NCBI GenBank assembly: GCA_045546535.1
Contig: JAZQDA010000173.1
Coordinates: 20,116 to 44,115 of the forward strand
Length of the DNA stretch: 24,000 bases
From: Clostridia bacterium
Lineage (GTDB): Bacteria; Bacillota; Clostridia; UMGS1810
Direction: 5' to 3'
Position numbers and translations under genes: made by a program. This document shows, in pieces, positions 1-8,322 of the stretch (its first letter is position 1; the number at the start of each line of letters is the position of its first letter). The notes under the pieces were generated by a model. It saw only the letters and a list, made by a program, of their open reading frames with translations. It searched no databases and was not told the origin of the DNA.

Positions 1-1425
1 TTTGATGGGTATTTGTACTATGGTGGCAGAATGGTGCTCGACGGCGAGGTTAAGTTCATTGAAAAGCAATGTCCCACGGGCTTCGGGAAATCGCTGTCGG
101 ATGCCTTTATGCAATCGTGGATTTTCGGCATCGACATTGACAATGACATCTTGAAGGTATGCGGAAATGATAAGTTCACGGACGATTGCTTCCAAAATGT
201 CACAAAACTTATGACATCACCTGCTTTCGCCAAAGTTTTTCCTTATTACGCGCAATTTAAGTGCGACACAACGCTTATGTTCCAATTTCACTCGCGAAAA
301 GACCTCAAATTTGCGATTATGTGCAGTAAAAAGTCCACGAATTTCCGAATTGTCACAAAATTGAGTGATGTGAACGGCGTTCGCGCCAAGTATCTGTTCC
401 TTGACGATATTACGCAGAGAAAAGATATGTCAAATATCAATCAGCACCAAAAGGACATTCATTCCTTTACGCACGAATGGTTTGAGAGAAACTATAACCG
501 AAATTTCTTTTATATTATCGCAAGCGGCACAACCTACTCGCAGTTTGACTTGCTTTCACACTTACGGCGTGTTATGGGCGGCGAGAGCGCAGTAAAATCT
601 GCAATCAATAAATACACACTTGTCGGAAAGTCCAATTATATCGTTCCAAACGGCGTTTCAGTGTTCGTTTCCGTTCCTCTTTTGGACTATGAAACGGACG
701 AAAGCACCTACCCGAAGAAAATCTCCACCGAGAGCGCACGGAAAAAGCGCGAAGAAAACCCAACCGAGTTTTGGGCTATGGATATGCAAAAACCTCTACC
801 TCCCGATAGTTCTCCGTTCTATTTCACGAAGTTGCGCCAATACACGACTCTGCCAAAAATTGGTGAAGCAGGGCGACTTGAAACTTGCGTGGCGGCACTT
901 GATACAAAGCGCAGGGGCAAGGACTTTCTCTCTATGCCGATTTTCTTTGAAGCGGACGACCCCGAAAACGCAAATCAAACTGTTTTCTATTTGAAAGATT
1001 GGCTTTATGACGATAGACCGATGAAAGAGTGCTTGCCGTTGATTGTTTCCAAAATCATTCAGCACAAAATCACGCGACTTTATGTGGAGCGCAACACCGA
1101 GGAATGTATTGAAACGCTTATCCAAGACAAACTGCGCGGCCAAGGGTACACCTCTTGTGTGATTGAGGAAGTATATTCCACCGAGCCGAAAGACCGTCGA
1201 ATTATGAGTGCCGAGGGCGACATCAAGGCGCGAATGGTGTTCCCTCAATACGGAATGTACTCGCAGAGTAACGATATTGGCAAAGCTCTTATGAATTTTT
1301 ATGGCTATACCTACACGGGAACTGTGGCGCACGATGACGCGCCCGATAGTCTTGCGCTCTTTGCCAAGCGATTTGTGATGAACGCAACGCGCAGATACGG
1401 CAAAGTCACCACTTTTAGGCGATAA
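1..1425 (+). CDS. terL: Terminase large subunit, 5-prime partial (frame open to window edge)
   Basis: Frame 1 is open from nt 1. Walker A-like CPTGFGKS lies near the N-terminus, Walker B-like LFLDDI follows, and the C-terminal nuclease-type motif is HDDAPDSL. It sits immediately upstream of the portal module. Confidence 0.85.
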   Translation, partial: FDGYLYYGGRMVLDGEVKFIEKQCPTGFGKSLSDAFMQSWIFGIDIDNDILKVCGNDKFTDDCFQNVTKLMTSPAFAKVFPYYAQFKCDTTLMFQFHSRKDLKFAIMCSKKSTNFRIVTKLSDVNGVRAKYLFLDDITQRKDMSNINQHQKDIHSFTHEWFERNYNRNFFYIIASGTTYSQFDLLSHLRRVMGGESAVKSAINKYTLVGKSNYIVPNGVSVFVSVPLLDYETDESTYPKKISTESARKKREENPTEFWAMDMQKPLPPDSSPFYFTKLRQYTTLPKIGEAGRLETCVAALDTKRRGKDFLSMPIFFEADDPENANQTVFYLKDWLYDDRPMKECLPLIVSKIIQHKITRLYVERNTEECIETLIQDKLRGQGYTSCVIEEVYSTEPKDRRIMSAEGDIKARMVFPQYGMYSQSNDIGKALMNFYGYTYTGTVAHDDAPDSLALFAKRFVMNATRRYGKVTTFRR

Positions 1426-1448
1426 TTGTAAACTTTCTGTGAACAAAC

Positions 1449-1477
1449 TTGACAAAAGCGCGTTATCGTGATAGGAT
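1449..1477 (+). promoter_or_regulatory. SigmaA/sigma70-type promoter candidate (TTGACA-17-TAGGAT with TG extension)
   Basis: TTGACA at 1449-1454, a 17-nt spacer, TG at 1469-1470 and TAGGAT at 1472-1477. It lies in the terL-portal gap, 33 nt upstream of the ATG at 1510. Confidence 0.5.
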
Positions 1478-1509
1478 TTAAGACGAATAATTGAAGTCGG
1501 AGAACTGAA

Positions 1510-1713
1510 ATGCAAAAAATCATTGATTGTCCGCTTTGTAACGGTGGAAAATTGAATATTGATATTGCAAACGGGTATCGCATAATCACGGACGGACGAC
1601 CGAGCAAGTTGCCGTTGAAGAAGCGTTGCAAGTTTTGCAACCGAAATGTGAAATACACAGTTGTTCGTGACGAAGATTACGAAGCAACACTTGCTTGGGT
1701 GCAAGAGAAATAA
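1510..1713 (+). CDS. Small zinc-ribbon protein (67 aa), function unknown
   Basis: ATG is preceded by GGAG (1499-1502). Two CxxC pairs are present (CPLC near the N-terminus, CKFC about 33 aa later). It has its own promoter-like and terminator-like flanks. Confidence 0.7.
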   Translation: MQKIIDCPLCNGGKLNIDIANGYRIITDGRPSKLPLKKRCKFCNRNVKYTVVRDEDYEATLAWVQEK

Positions 1714-1746
1714 TAAATCGCAGTTCGGAGAACATTAAGCGAATAG

Positions 1747-1788
1747 GTGCGTAGTGCCTTTTAGGGGTACTATGCACTTTTTGATTTT
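1747..1788 (+). terminator. Rho-independent terminator-like hairpin just upstream of the portal SD
   Basis: A 12-bp stem pairs 1747-1758 (gtgcgtagtgcc) with 1766-1777 (ggtactatgcac), including two G-U pairs. The loop is 7 nt and is followed by TTTTTGATTTT. Confidence 0.65.
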
Positions 1789-1800
1789 GGGGGAGGTCTA

Positions 1801-3264
1801 ATGAGAAAAGGTATTCCACAAATTAAAATCCCGATTAGACCGAGCGAGTTGTCTATCGAGAGGGTTGAGCAATATCTTGATGTTGTTTTTCGGGAGTTTG
1901 AGAAGAACGCCATTGCAATTAGGAAAGACTACGATATGTATTGCCTCGACCACGCCATTTTGGGAAAGGTAAGAGCGCATAACGATACCGAGATTAACAA
2001 CATCGTTCTAATCCCCGACCTTAAAGCAAAAGTCGATTGGAAAACGGGCTATGTGTTCGGAAACCCCATAAAGTACGCGCAGAACAAGACGAGCGAAACG
2101 GACGATATAAACTACCTTAACAAGTATGTGCGTTCCGCCTGCCAAAGGGCAGTTGATAAAGAGGTCGGCACTTGGGCGTATGCCACTGGCGTTGGATATT
2201 ATTTCATCGAGCCGAGAAGTGACGATTTCAACATAGAGGTTGATGCCCCATATGTGCTTTACGCGGTTGATGCCGATACTTGCACAAAGGTTTATTCTTC
2301 CTTTATCGGCAACCAAGCACTTTTCGACTTTATATTCACCACATACGAAGAAGTAAAGACGGACGGAACAAAGGAAACCGTAAAGGTAATTGACATTTAC
2401 CTTAAAGGCGCACTTTACAGTTACGAATGGCGCATTGGCTATCCCGATTGGAAACGAGTAAGAGAAGAAGCGCGAGGCGTAAACAAACCGTTACCACTTG
2501 TCGAAAAACGCTTCAACCCAGATGGCATTGGCATTGTCGCTATGGGCGAGAGTATGCAATACGCCATAGACCACCTTGTAAGTAATGGTCTTGACAATAT
2601 CGAGGATATTGTAAATCAAATCATTGTCTATAAGAACTGCAACCTCGGCGATAACGAGGAAGAACAAACGGATAGCCACAGAAGCGGAATGAGAAATGGT
2701 TGCCTTGTTTTGAACTCGGCAAGCAAGGAGTTCCCTGCCGATGTTGACACGCTGAAAACCGAGTTGAGTTTGAAGGAAGTCCGAGAGTTGTACTCCATTA
2801 TCAACGAGAAGTTCCACTCCGCGCTCGGTATTCCTATGGCAATGAGTTCCACCAATAGCGGTGGCACTACCAAGAGTGGTAGCGAGGTCGCAAACGGCTA
2901 TGATAACGCCTATAACCGCGCCCTTGACGATATTAACACATTTATCAAGGCAGACACCGAGTTGCTCAAAAAGATTATGTGGATTTGTCAAAACACGCCC
3001 GATAACAAGATTGATAACTTGTCACCGAGCGATATTGAGATTAAGTATTCTCTTAACCTCACGGATAATATCTTGACAAAGACACAAGCCTATGTAAACT
3101 TGGTGCAGTCGGGCGTACCGCCCACAATCGCACTTCGACTTTGCAAGTTGTCGAATGACCCCGAAGCAGAGGGCAAGTTGATTGACGATTACATTGCGGA
3201 GCGAGACGCAAAAGCCGCCGAAATGAAAGCGGCGCAACAACCCAATAATAACTCGCAAGAGTGA
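1801..3264 (+). CDS. Portal protein
   Basis: 487 aa, in the position directly after terminase, with a strong SD (GGGGGAGG). Size and acidic C-terminal tail are typical of SPP1 gp6-like portals. Confidence 0.85.
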   Translation: MRKGIPQIKIPIRPSELSIERVEQYLDVVFREFEKNAIAIRKDYDMYCLDHAILGKVRAHNDTEINNIVLIPDLKAKVDWKTGYVFGNPIKYAQNKTSETDDINYLNKYVRSACQRAVDKEVGTWAYATGVGYYFIEPRSDDFNIEVDAPYVLYAVDADTCTKVYSSFIGNQALFDFIFTTYEEVKTDGTKETVKVIDIYLKGALYSYEWRIGYPDWKRVREEARGVNKPLPLVEKRFNPDGIGIVAMGESMQYAIDHLVSNGLDNIEDIVNQIIVYKNCNLGDNEEEQTDSHRSGMRNGCLVLNSASKEFPADVDTLKTELSLKEVRELYSIINEKFHSALGIPMAMSSTNSGGTTKSGSEVANGYDNAYNRALDDINTFIKADTELLKKIMWICQNTPDNKIDNLSPSDIEIKYSLNLTDNILTKTQAYVNLVQSGVPPTIALRLCKLSNDPEAEGKLIDDYIAERDAKAAEMKAAQQPNNNSQE

Positions 3265-3363
3265 TTATAGCAGAGAGAACTGCGTATAAAACACAGAAGA
3301 CGGAGATGTCTATAAGCGCACATTTTCCCCATAGGGGCGCAGAGAAGCGTAATCGCAGGAGAA

Positions 3364-3900
3364 TTGAATATGGCAGAAGAAACCAAGAACACTACCACGG
3401 AAACCACCGACACCACGGACTACAAGGCAGAGTTTGAGCGTTTGCAAGCGGAACACGCGAAGATGAAGTCGAGTTTCGACAAGGCATCGAGCGAGGTTGC
3501 CGATTATAAGCGCAAAGAGCGAGAGAGAATGTCCGAGGATGAGAAGAAAGCCGCCGCCGATGCCGAGCGCGAAGCCCACTATAAGGACTTGGAGCGCAGA
3601 ATTGCATTGAGCGACTATTCCGCAGAACTTGACGACATCGTTGATGCAAAGGTCAAGACGGAAGTTGTGGAACTTTTCGCAGACGGAAAAATTGTGGAAG
3701 CGTTGAAAAAGTTTAAGGAGTTTCGCGCAAAAGACCGCTCGGAGATGGAGAAGCGAATTAAGGCAGACCTTATGAAGCAAAACCCTCAACCCACGGCGCA
3801 GGGCGGAACTACTGCCAAAACCAAAGCAGACATTATGGCTATCGTAGATGCCGAGGAAAGGCAGAAAGCGATTGCCGAAAACATCCACCTTTTCATCTAA
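3364..3900 (+). CDS. Capsid scaffolding protein
   Basis: 178 aa, highly charged (E/K/R/A-rich) and coiled-coil-like. It lies between the portal and the major capsid gene. Confidence 0.7.
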   Translation: MNMAEETKNTTTETTDTTDYKAEFERLQAEHAKMKSSFDKASSEVADYKRKERERMSEDEKKAAADAEREAHYKDLERRIALSDYSAELDDIVDAKVKTEVVELFADGKIVEALKKFKEFRAKDRSEMEKRIKADLMKQNPQPTAQGGTTAKTKADIMAIVDAEERQKAIAENIHLFI

Positions 3901-3926
3901 AATAATTTTTTAAGGAGATTGTTAAA

Positions 3927-4808
3927 ATGGCAGTTACCACTAACACTACCACCACCGCGCAGATTACCATTAACCCTAAGGAGATTGATTTTGTATCTCG
4001 CTTTGAGCAGACTTGGCAAGCCCTTCGCGAGATTATGAGCATTGCTCGTCCCGTCCGCAAGCAACTCGGCACGAAGCTCGTTGCAAGCAAGGCAGAGGTT
4101 GTTCTGCAAGACGGCGCAGTTGCAGAGGGTGATGAGGTTCCTCTGTCCCAAGCAACTGTAACCCCCGTGATTTACGAGGACATCGCTCTTGAAAAGTTCC
4201 GCAAGCGCGTGACCGCAGAGGCAGTTGCAAAGTTCGGCGCAGAGGTCGCCGTTCAAAAGACCGATGATGCGTTCCTCAACGAGTTGACCGCAACCGTTAT
4301 GGATAGATTTTATGATTTCGCACAGACGGGCACTCTTACGGGCACTTATGACACCTTCCAAATGGCAGTTTCTATGGCTGTTACGATGGTTAAGGACAAG
4401 TTCAAGAAGTTGCACCTCAACTACTCCAACATTGTTGTGTTCGCAAACACCCTTGATGTTGGTCGCTACCTCGGCGCGGCAGAGATTTCTATGCAGACCC
4501 GTAACGGCATCGAGTATTTCAAGGACTTCCTCGGCGCAAGCACCGTGATTGTTTCCTCCGAAATTCCCGAAGGTACGGTTATCGCAATCCCTGCTGATAA
4601 CATTGTTCTGTATTACATCGACCCCTCCGATGGCGGTTTCACTTCCCTTGGTCTCAACTACACCGTGGGCAACGGCGCAACCAACCTTATCGGCGTTCAC
4701 AAGGAAGGTGTGTATGGTCGCGTTTCGGGCGACACCCACGCAGTTATGGGTATGAAACTCTTTGCCGAGTACATTGACGGCATTGCCAAGGTAACTTTCG
4801 GCGCATAA
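3927..4808 (+). CDS. Major capsid protein (HK97-fold type expected)
   Basis: 293 aa with SD AAGGAGA and strongly biased codon usage. The antisense frame is stop-free, as often seen in highly expressed genes. It follows the scaffold gene. Confidence 0.8.
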   Translation: MAVTTNTTTTAQITINPKEIDFVSRFEQTWQALREIMSIARPVRKQLGTKLVASKAEVVLQDGAVAEGDEVPLSQATVTPVIYEDIALEKFRKRVTAEAVAKFGAEVAVQKTDDAFLNELTATVMDRFYDFAQTGTLTGTYDTFQMAVSMAVTMVKDKFKKLHLNYSNIVVFANTLDVGRYLGAAEISMQTRNGIEYFKDFLGASTVIVSSEIPEGTVIAIPADNIVLYYIDPSDGGFTSLGLNYTVGNGATNLIGVHKEGVYGRVSGDTHAVMGMKLFAEYIDGIAKVTFGA

Positions 4809-4831
4809 TAAAAAACTAACGGAGGGTCACG

Positions 4832-5149
4832 ATGGACTTTATTGCAACTGTGAAAAGCAAATACGGGCTGACATTGGAAGATGCAACTGCCATTGTCAAT
4901 CGCGCAAAGATGTTTTACTACGGGTTGAAATATCCTTGTGACCCTCTTGCCGATGAAAAGACAAGACCGATTGAGGGGTTTTTCGCCCAACAATGGATTT
5001 TGTCGGCGTGTGACGAATTGGTCGAGCGACTTGGCTTCAATTCCGCGATTGGCTACCGAGAGAACGGCGTGAATTGGTCTTTTGACGGAGCGCAGTTGAG
5101 TGAGCGACTTGTATCGCTTATCAAGCCCGTGGTCGGGGTGGTGCGATGA
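4832..5149 (+). CDS. Head-tail connector/adaptor protein (gp6/gp15-like position)
   Basis: 105 aa and first gene after the capsid gene. Its stop overlaps the next start (ATGA). The call is positional. Confidence 0.5.
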   Translation: MDFIATVKSKYGLTLEDATAIVNRAKMFYYGLKYPCDPLADEKTRPIEGFFAQQWILSACDELVERLGFNSAIGYRENGVNWSFDGAQLSERLVSLIKPVVGVVR

Positions 5150-5529
5150 AACTCGGCGGTGTTATTTGGCACTCCTCGCGCATAAACGAGGAAAATGCCG
5201 AGGTTGCCGAGTTCGCCAATCCCCAAGCAATCCGCACTCGCGCCAACTACTTTTCCGTGATGCCCGCGACCTCGCGTGGCTTTTTGGAAGTAATGCAGTA
5301 CGGCGAGGACTTGGATAGCACTTGGACGGCTATTGCGAATGACCGCGTTTTCCACGGCAAGGTCAAAGAGGGCGACTTGTTTTGGCTTGACGGCGAAAGA
5401 CCGCCCGAAGAAATCACCGAGGACTACGGATATGCCGAGAGCGCAACGGCGGTTGTCAAGAGCGTTGCCTATGTCAACCACACAATTTCCGTCACCCTTA
5501 CTCGCAACAAAGAGCAAGTGAAACGATGA
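5146..5529 (+). CDS. Head closure / head-tail joining protein (positional call)
   Basis: 127 aa, translationally coupled on both sides (ATGA overlaps). Second neck gene. Confidence 0.45.
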   Translation: MKLGGVIWHSSRINEENAEVAEFANPQAIRTRANYFSVMPATSRGFLEVMQYGEDLDSTWTAIANDRVFHGKVKEGDLFWLDGERPPEEITEDYGYAESATAVVKSVAYVNHTISVTLTRNKEQVKR

Positions 5530-6158
5530 AGATTGAAGTTGGGCTGAACAAGCAATCAATCAAGAACGCCATAAAGCAACTGAACGCCATAAAGAAAACT
5601 GTTCCCACGATGCAACAAGAGTTTTTGATGGAAGTCGCCCATTGGCTAACCGAGAGGGCAAATGACTATATCACCAACTCGGACTTGGGAAGTCTTGTGA
5701 AAGACCAAATTCGGGGCAGTTGGAGTTATGAGCCAACCGCAAACGGGGTTAAAATTGTGAACAATGCTCAAAAGCAAGTCACGAATTTCGGAACAGTTCC
5801 GTTGGCGGTTTTGGTTGAGTTTGGTGTTGGCGTTGTCGGTCAATCGCAAGCGCACCCCAACGCAACCGCAGAGGGTTATGAGTACAATGTCGATAGCGGT
5901 CATAAATCCGCAGACGGCTCTTGGCAATTTTGGCTCAATAGTGACGAGCGAGATTTGCCGATGAACGCATTTACAGACTTTGGAACTTATGACGACCACC
6001 GAAAAGGTGGCAAGCGAATGGTTGTGACAACCCGTGGCGCAAAGGGCGTTTGGTACGCCTATAACGCCATTGTCGATGCTCAAATGGAACTTGCGAAAGC
6101 CAACGGCGGTAAAATTGGCGAATTGTGGGAGAAAGTCAAAAAGAGGTATATTAAGTAA
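5526..6158 (+). CDS. Neck / tail-completion protein (HK97 gp10-like position)
   Basis: 210 aa and third neck gene, coupled to its neighbours. The N-terminal helix MKIEVGLNKQSIKNAIKQL resembles gp10-family starts as I remember them. Confidence 0.45.
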   Translation: MKIEVGLNKQSIKNAIKQLNAIKKTVPTMQQEFLMEVAHWLTERANDYITNSDLGSLVKDQIRGSWSYEPTANGVKIVNNAQKQVTNFGTVPLAVLVEFGVGVVGQSQAHPNATAEGYEYNVDSGHKSADGSWQFWLNSDERDLPMNAFTDFGTYDDHRKGGKRMVVTTRGAKGVWYAYNAIVDAQMELAKANGGKIGELWEKVKKRYIK

Positions 6159-6565
6159 TGGATATTCTAACTTATGAATTTCTAAAAGAGGGAATGATAA
6201 AGTATAACGAAGATAATGGGAAACCCTATGGGAACGCCATTGTAGGTTATGCTCCCAAAACCCCTACTTATCCTCTAACTGTTTTTGACGAAATCCGCAA
6301 CACCGCAAACTCCGCTTACAACACTTGCTTTGATCGAGTGTCAAGTATTGGATTTTCCGTCCGCATAAGCGCAAAAACAAAAGGCAAAATCGACAAGCAA
6401 ACAATCGCAAGGGAAATCGCGCAATTCATTGACCGATACCTAACCGCGTTCAACCTAACGCGAATTTCATATAACGCAAATCCGAGTGTCAACGATGATA
6501 GCATATACGAAATCATTATGACTTATTCGGGCAATTTACACGAAAACCGAAGAAAATTTATTTAA
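6158..6565 (+). CDS. Tail terminator / tail-tube joining protein (positional call)
   Basis: 135 aa, with a TAATG overlap with the previous gene. It lies directly upstream of the major tail gene. Confidence 0.4.
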   Translation: MDILTYEFLKEGMIKYNEDNGKPYGNAIVGYAPKTPTYPLTVFDEIRNTANSAYNTCFDRVSSIGFSVRISAKTKGKIDKQTIAREIAQFIDRYLTAFNLTRISYNANPSVNDDSIYEIIMTYSGNLHENRRKFI

Positions 6566-6575
6566 GGAGATTGAT

Positions 6576-7322
6576 ATGGAAAAGGACGCACTTTTTCAAT
6601 ATAACGAAAGCCAAGCGCAAGTAGGTTATAAGTCTGCCGTGCTTTACAAGAAGCAGGGCGAGAACAAGTACCGTTTCCTTTGCGCCAGCGAAACTGTGCC
6701 TTTCCCTTACGGCACAAAAGATACCTATGAGTACGACCTTTTGAACTCTGGAAGTAAGGGTCAAGTAGAGGGCAAAAACGCAGTCGAACAGAAAGAGGTT
6801 GAACTTCTCTACACCCCTAACAACGCTTACCTCTTTGAAACTCTCAAAGGTCAAGTTCTTGATTTTATGTCGCTTACGCCCGACAAGGTTGGCTACAAGT
6901 ATCACGGCAAGATTTCTTTCCGTCCTAACGATGCTTCTGCCGACATTCACCGTGGCACTTACACGATTACGCCTATGGGCGCAAGTGAAGTTCCCTTGTT
7001 TATGGCAAGAGAGGAGTGCTACACCCCCTTGTTCTTTGCCGATGTAATTCCCTATGAGATTTCTATTGCAGACCTCGGTGAAGCAACCGATGTAAAGCTA
7101 AACCTCGGTATTGTTGGCAACCCCACGGGCGTTACCTATGAGTATGACACCTTCTCTGCGACCACCAACAAACCTACGGGCACAAAGACCGAAATGACCG
7201 TAACCAACGGCATCGGCTCTATCCCAAAGACCAAAGGGCTTTACATTATCTACGCCGAGCCGAGTTCGGCTATGGCTATCACACATTCGGGTTGCTTTAC
7301 CCTTGTGTATGTAATAGACTAA
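6576..7322 (+). CDS. Major tail (tube) protein, probably with a C-terminal Ig-like decoration domain
   Basis: 248 aa with SD AAGGAGA. It sits immediately before the chaperone pair and tape measure. No sheath-sized gene is nearby. Confidence 0.65.
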   Translation: MEKDALFQYNESQAQVGYKSAVLYKKQGENKYRFLCASETVPFPYGTKDTYEYDLLNSGSKGQVEGKNAVEQKEVELLYTPNNAYLFETLKGQVLDFMSLTPDKVGYKYHGKISFRPNDASADIHRGTYTITPMGASEVPLFMAREECYTPLFFADVIPYEISIADLGEATDVKLNLGIVGNPTGVTYEYDTFSATTNKPTGTKTEMTVTNGIGSIPKTKGLYIIYAEPSSAMAITHSGCFTLVYVID

Positions 7323-7359
7323 ATTTAACTTCATAAAATACCCGTAGAGGAGAATAATT

Positions 7360-7956
7360 ATGAGCAAACTTACACCTTATTTTGAACTGAACGGAACTCG
7401 CTATGAGTTTAGAAGAACTCGTTGGCTGATTGCCGAGTATGAGAAACTTGGCAGAGAAATGGCTTTGTCGCCCGAAGATAAAGCCGATGCTATGAAAGCA
7501 AACAACCTTATGGCAGATGCGAAGCGTTTTGCCGAGAAGGAAAGCGAAATGTGGGAAAGACTTTGCGAAAATCCCACGCCCGAAAACCGCGCCACTTATT
7601 CTATGTTCAAGGAAATGAGTGACGAGGCGATTGCAAAGTACAATGACTTTATCGCCAAGAACGATACTGTGAACACTTCCTTTAAGCGCAGTATTGACAT
7701 TCTTGAAAAAATCGCAATCAAGGCACTTGCCGAGCAGTATTTCGGTATGAACGAAGCACTTGCAAAGCAGACTTGGGAAATGTTTGTTGACACAATAGAC
7801 GACCATAATAAAGTAGGAGAATGGCTTATCGCGTTTGGTGATTGTCTGTTTGTTGACGATGATAACGAGGAAGATACGGGTTTTTTAGCACAGAAGCGGA
7901 AGATGGACGAGGAACGAGCGAACAACAGAAAGTCCGCGCTCCGCAGAAAGAGATAA
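7360..7956 (+). CDS. Tail assembly chaperone (gpG-like, zero-frame product)
   Basis: 198 aa and acidic, located between the major tail and tape measure genes. It contains the slippery heptamer near its 3-prime end. Confidence 0.7.
   Translation: MSKLTPYFELNGTRYEFRRTRWLIAEYEKLGREMALSPEDKADAMKANNLMADAKRFAEKESEMWERLCENPTPENRATYSMFKEMSDEAIAKYNDFIAKNDTVNTSFKRSIDILEKIAIKALAEQYFGMNEALAKQTWEMFVDTIDDHNKVGEWLIAFGDCLFVDDDNEEDTGFLAQKRKMDEERANNRKSALRRKR
7878..7884 (+). promoter_or_regulatory. -1 programmed ribosomal frameshift slippery heptamer G_GGT_TTT
   Basis: In the zero frame of the 7360 ORF the codons read acg GGT TTT, giving the X_XXY_YYZ pattern GGGTTTT. The -1 frame is open from 7866 through 8306. 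Confidence 0.6.
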
Positions 7957-8306
7957 AAGACTATTACCAATATATTTATGACGAGGTTTTGCCTTCTGCC
8001 TTTCAATACGGACAACCGCTTGACGAATTTTGGCACGGAGATATGCGTTGCCTTGAAGCACGAAGAAAAGCATATATAAGAGATGTATGTTTTAGAGCGT
8101 GGAAACAAGCCGACTATGACCGAATTGCTATGGAGATAGGCGCAAAGAACGCTATGGCGACCAAAAAGAGTGAGCGTATTGATAGGTGGATTGAGCTCAC
8201 CGACCCTATAGAAAAGATTGAAAAGGCAAACGCAAAACCGAATGATTTGAGTGTGGAACAACATAACCAAAATATGTGGTTTTTGCACGATGTTTTGAAG
8301 AAATAA
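7884..8306 (+). CDS. gpT-like extension, expressed as a G-T fusion through the -1 frameshift
   Basis: The -1 frame is continuous from 7866. The table start at 7989 is only a TTG, with GAGG 3 nt away (too close for an SD), and there is no ATG. The gene pair lies upstream of the tape measure gene. Confidence 0.6.
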   Translation, partial: FSTEAEDGRGTSEQQKVRAPQKEIKDYYQYIYDEVLPSAFQYGQPLDEFWHGDMRCLEARRKAYIRDVCFRAWKQADYDRIAMEIGAKNAMATKKSERIDRWIELTDPIEKIEKANAKPNDLSVEQHNQNMWFLHDVLKK

Positions 8307-8322
8307 TAGAGAGGCGTTCATA

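Noticed and set aside
796-1704. 302-aa minus-strand ORF antisense to terL (also 1311-1658 minus)
   Set aside because: It lies almost entirely inside the well-supported terL frame, has no SD context and translates to low-information sequence. It would also break the otherwise single-strand operon organisation.
3897-4739. 280-aa minus-strand ORF antisense to the major capsid gene
   Set aside because: A stop-free antisense frame is a known by-product of strong codon bias in highly expressed genes. The sense ORF has an SD, the right position and a capsid-like size.
7989-8306. Independent initiation of the 105-aa ORF at TTG 7989
   Set aside because: There is no ATG and GAGG is only 3 nt upstream. 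The frame is already open from 7866 and overlaps a perfect slippery heptamer, so the frameshift explanation is preferred.
7596-8321. 241-aa minus-strand ORF across the chaperone genes
   Set aside because: It overlaps the G/GT pair, whose frameshift architecture explains the region. The translation is S/L/F-rich noise.
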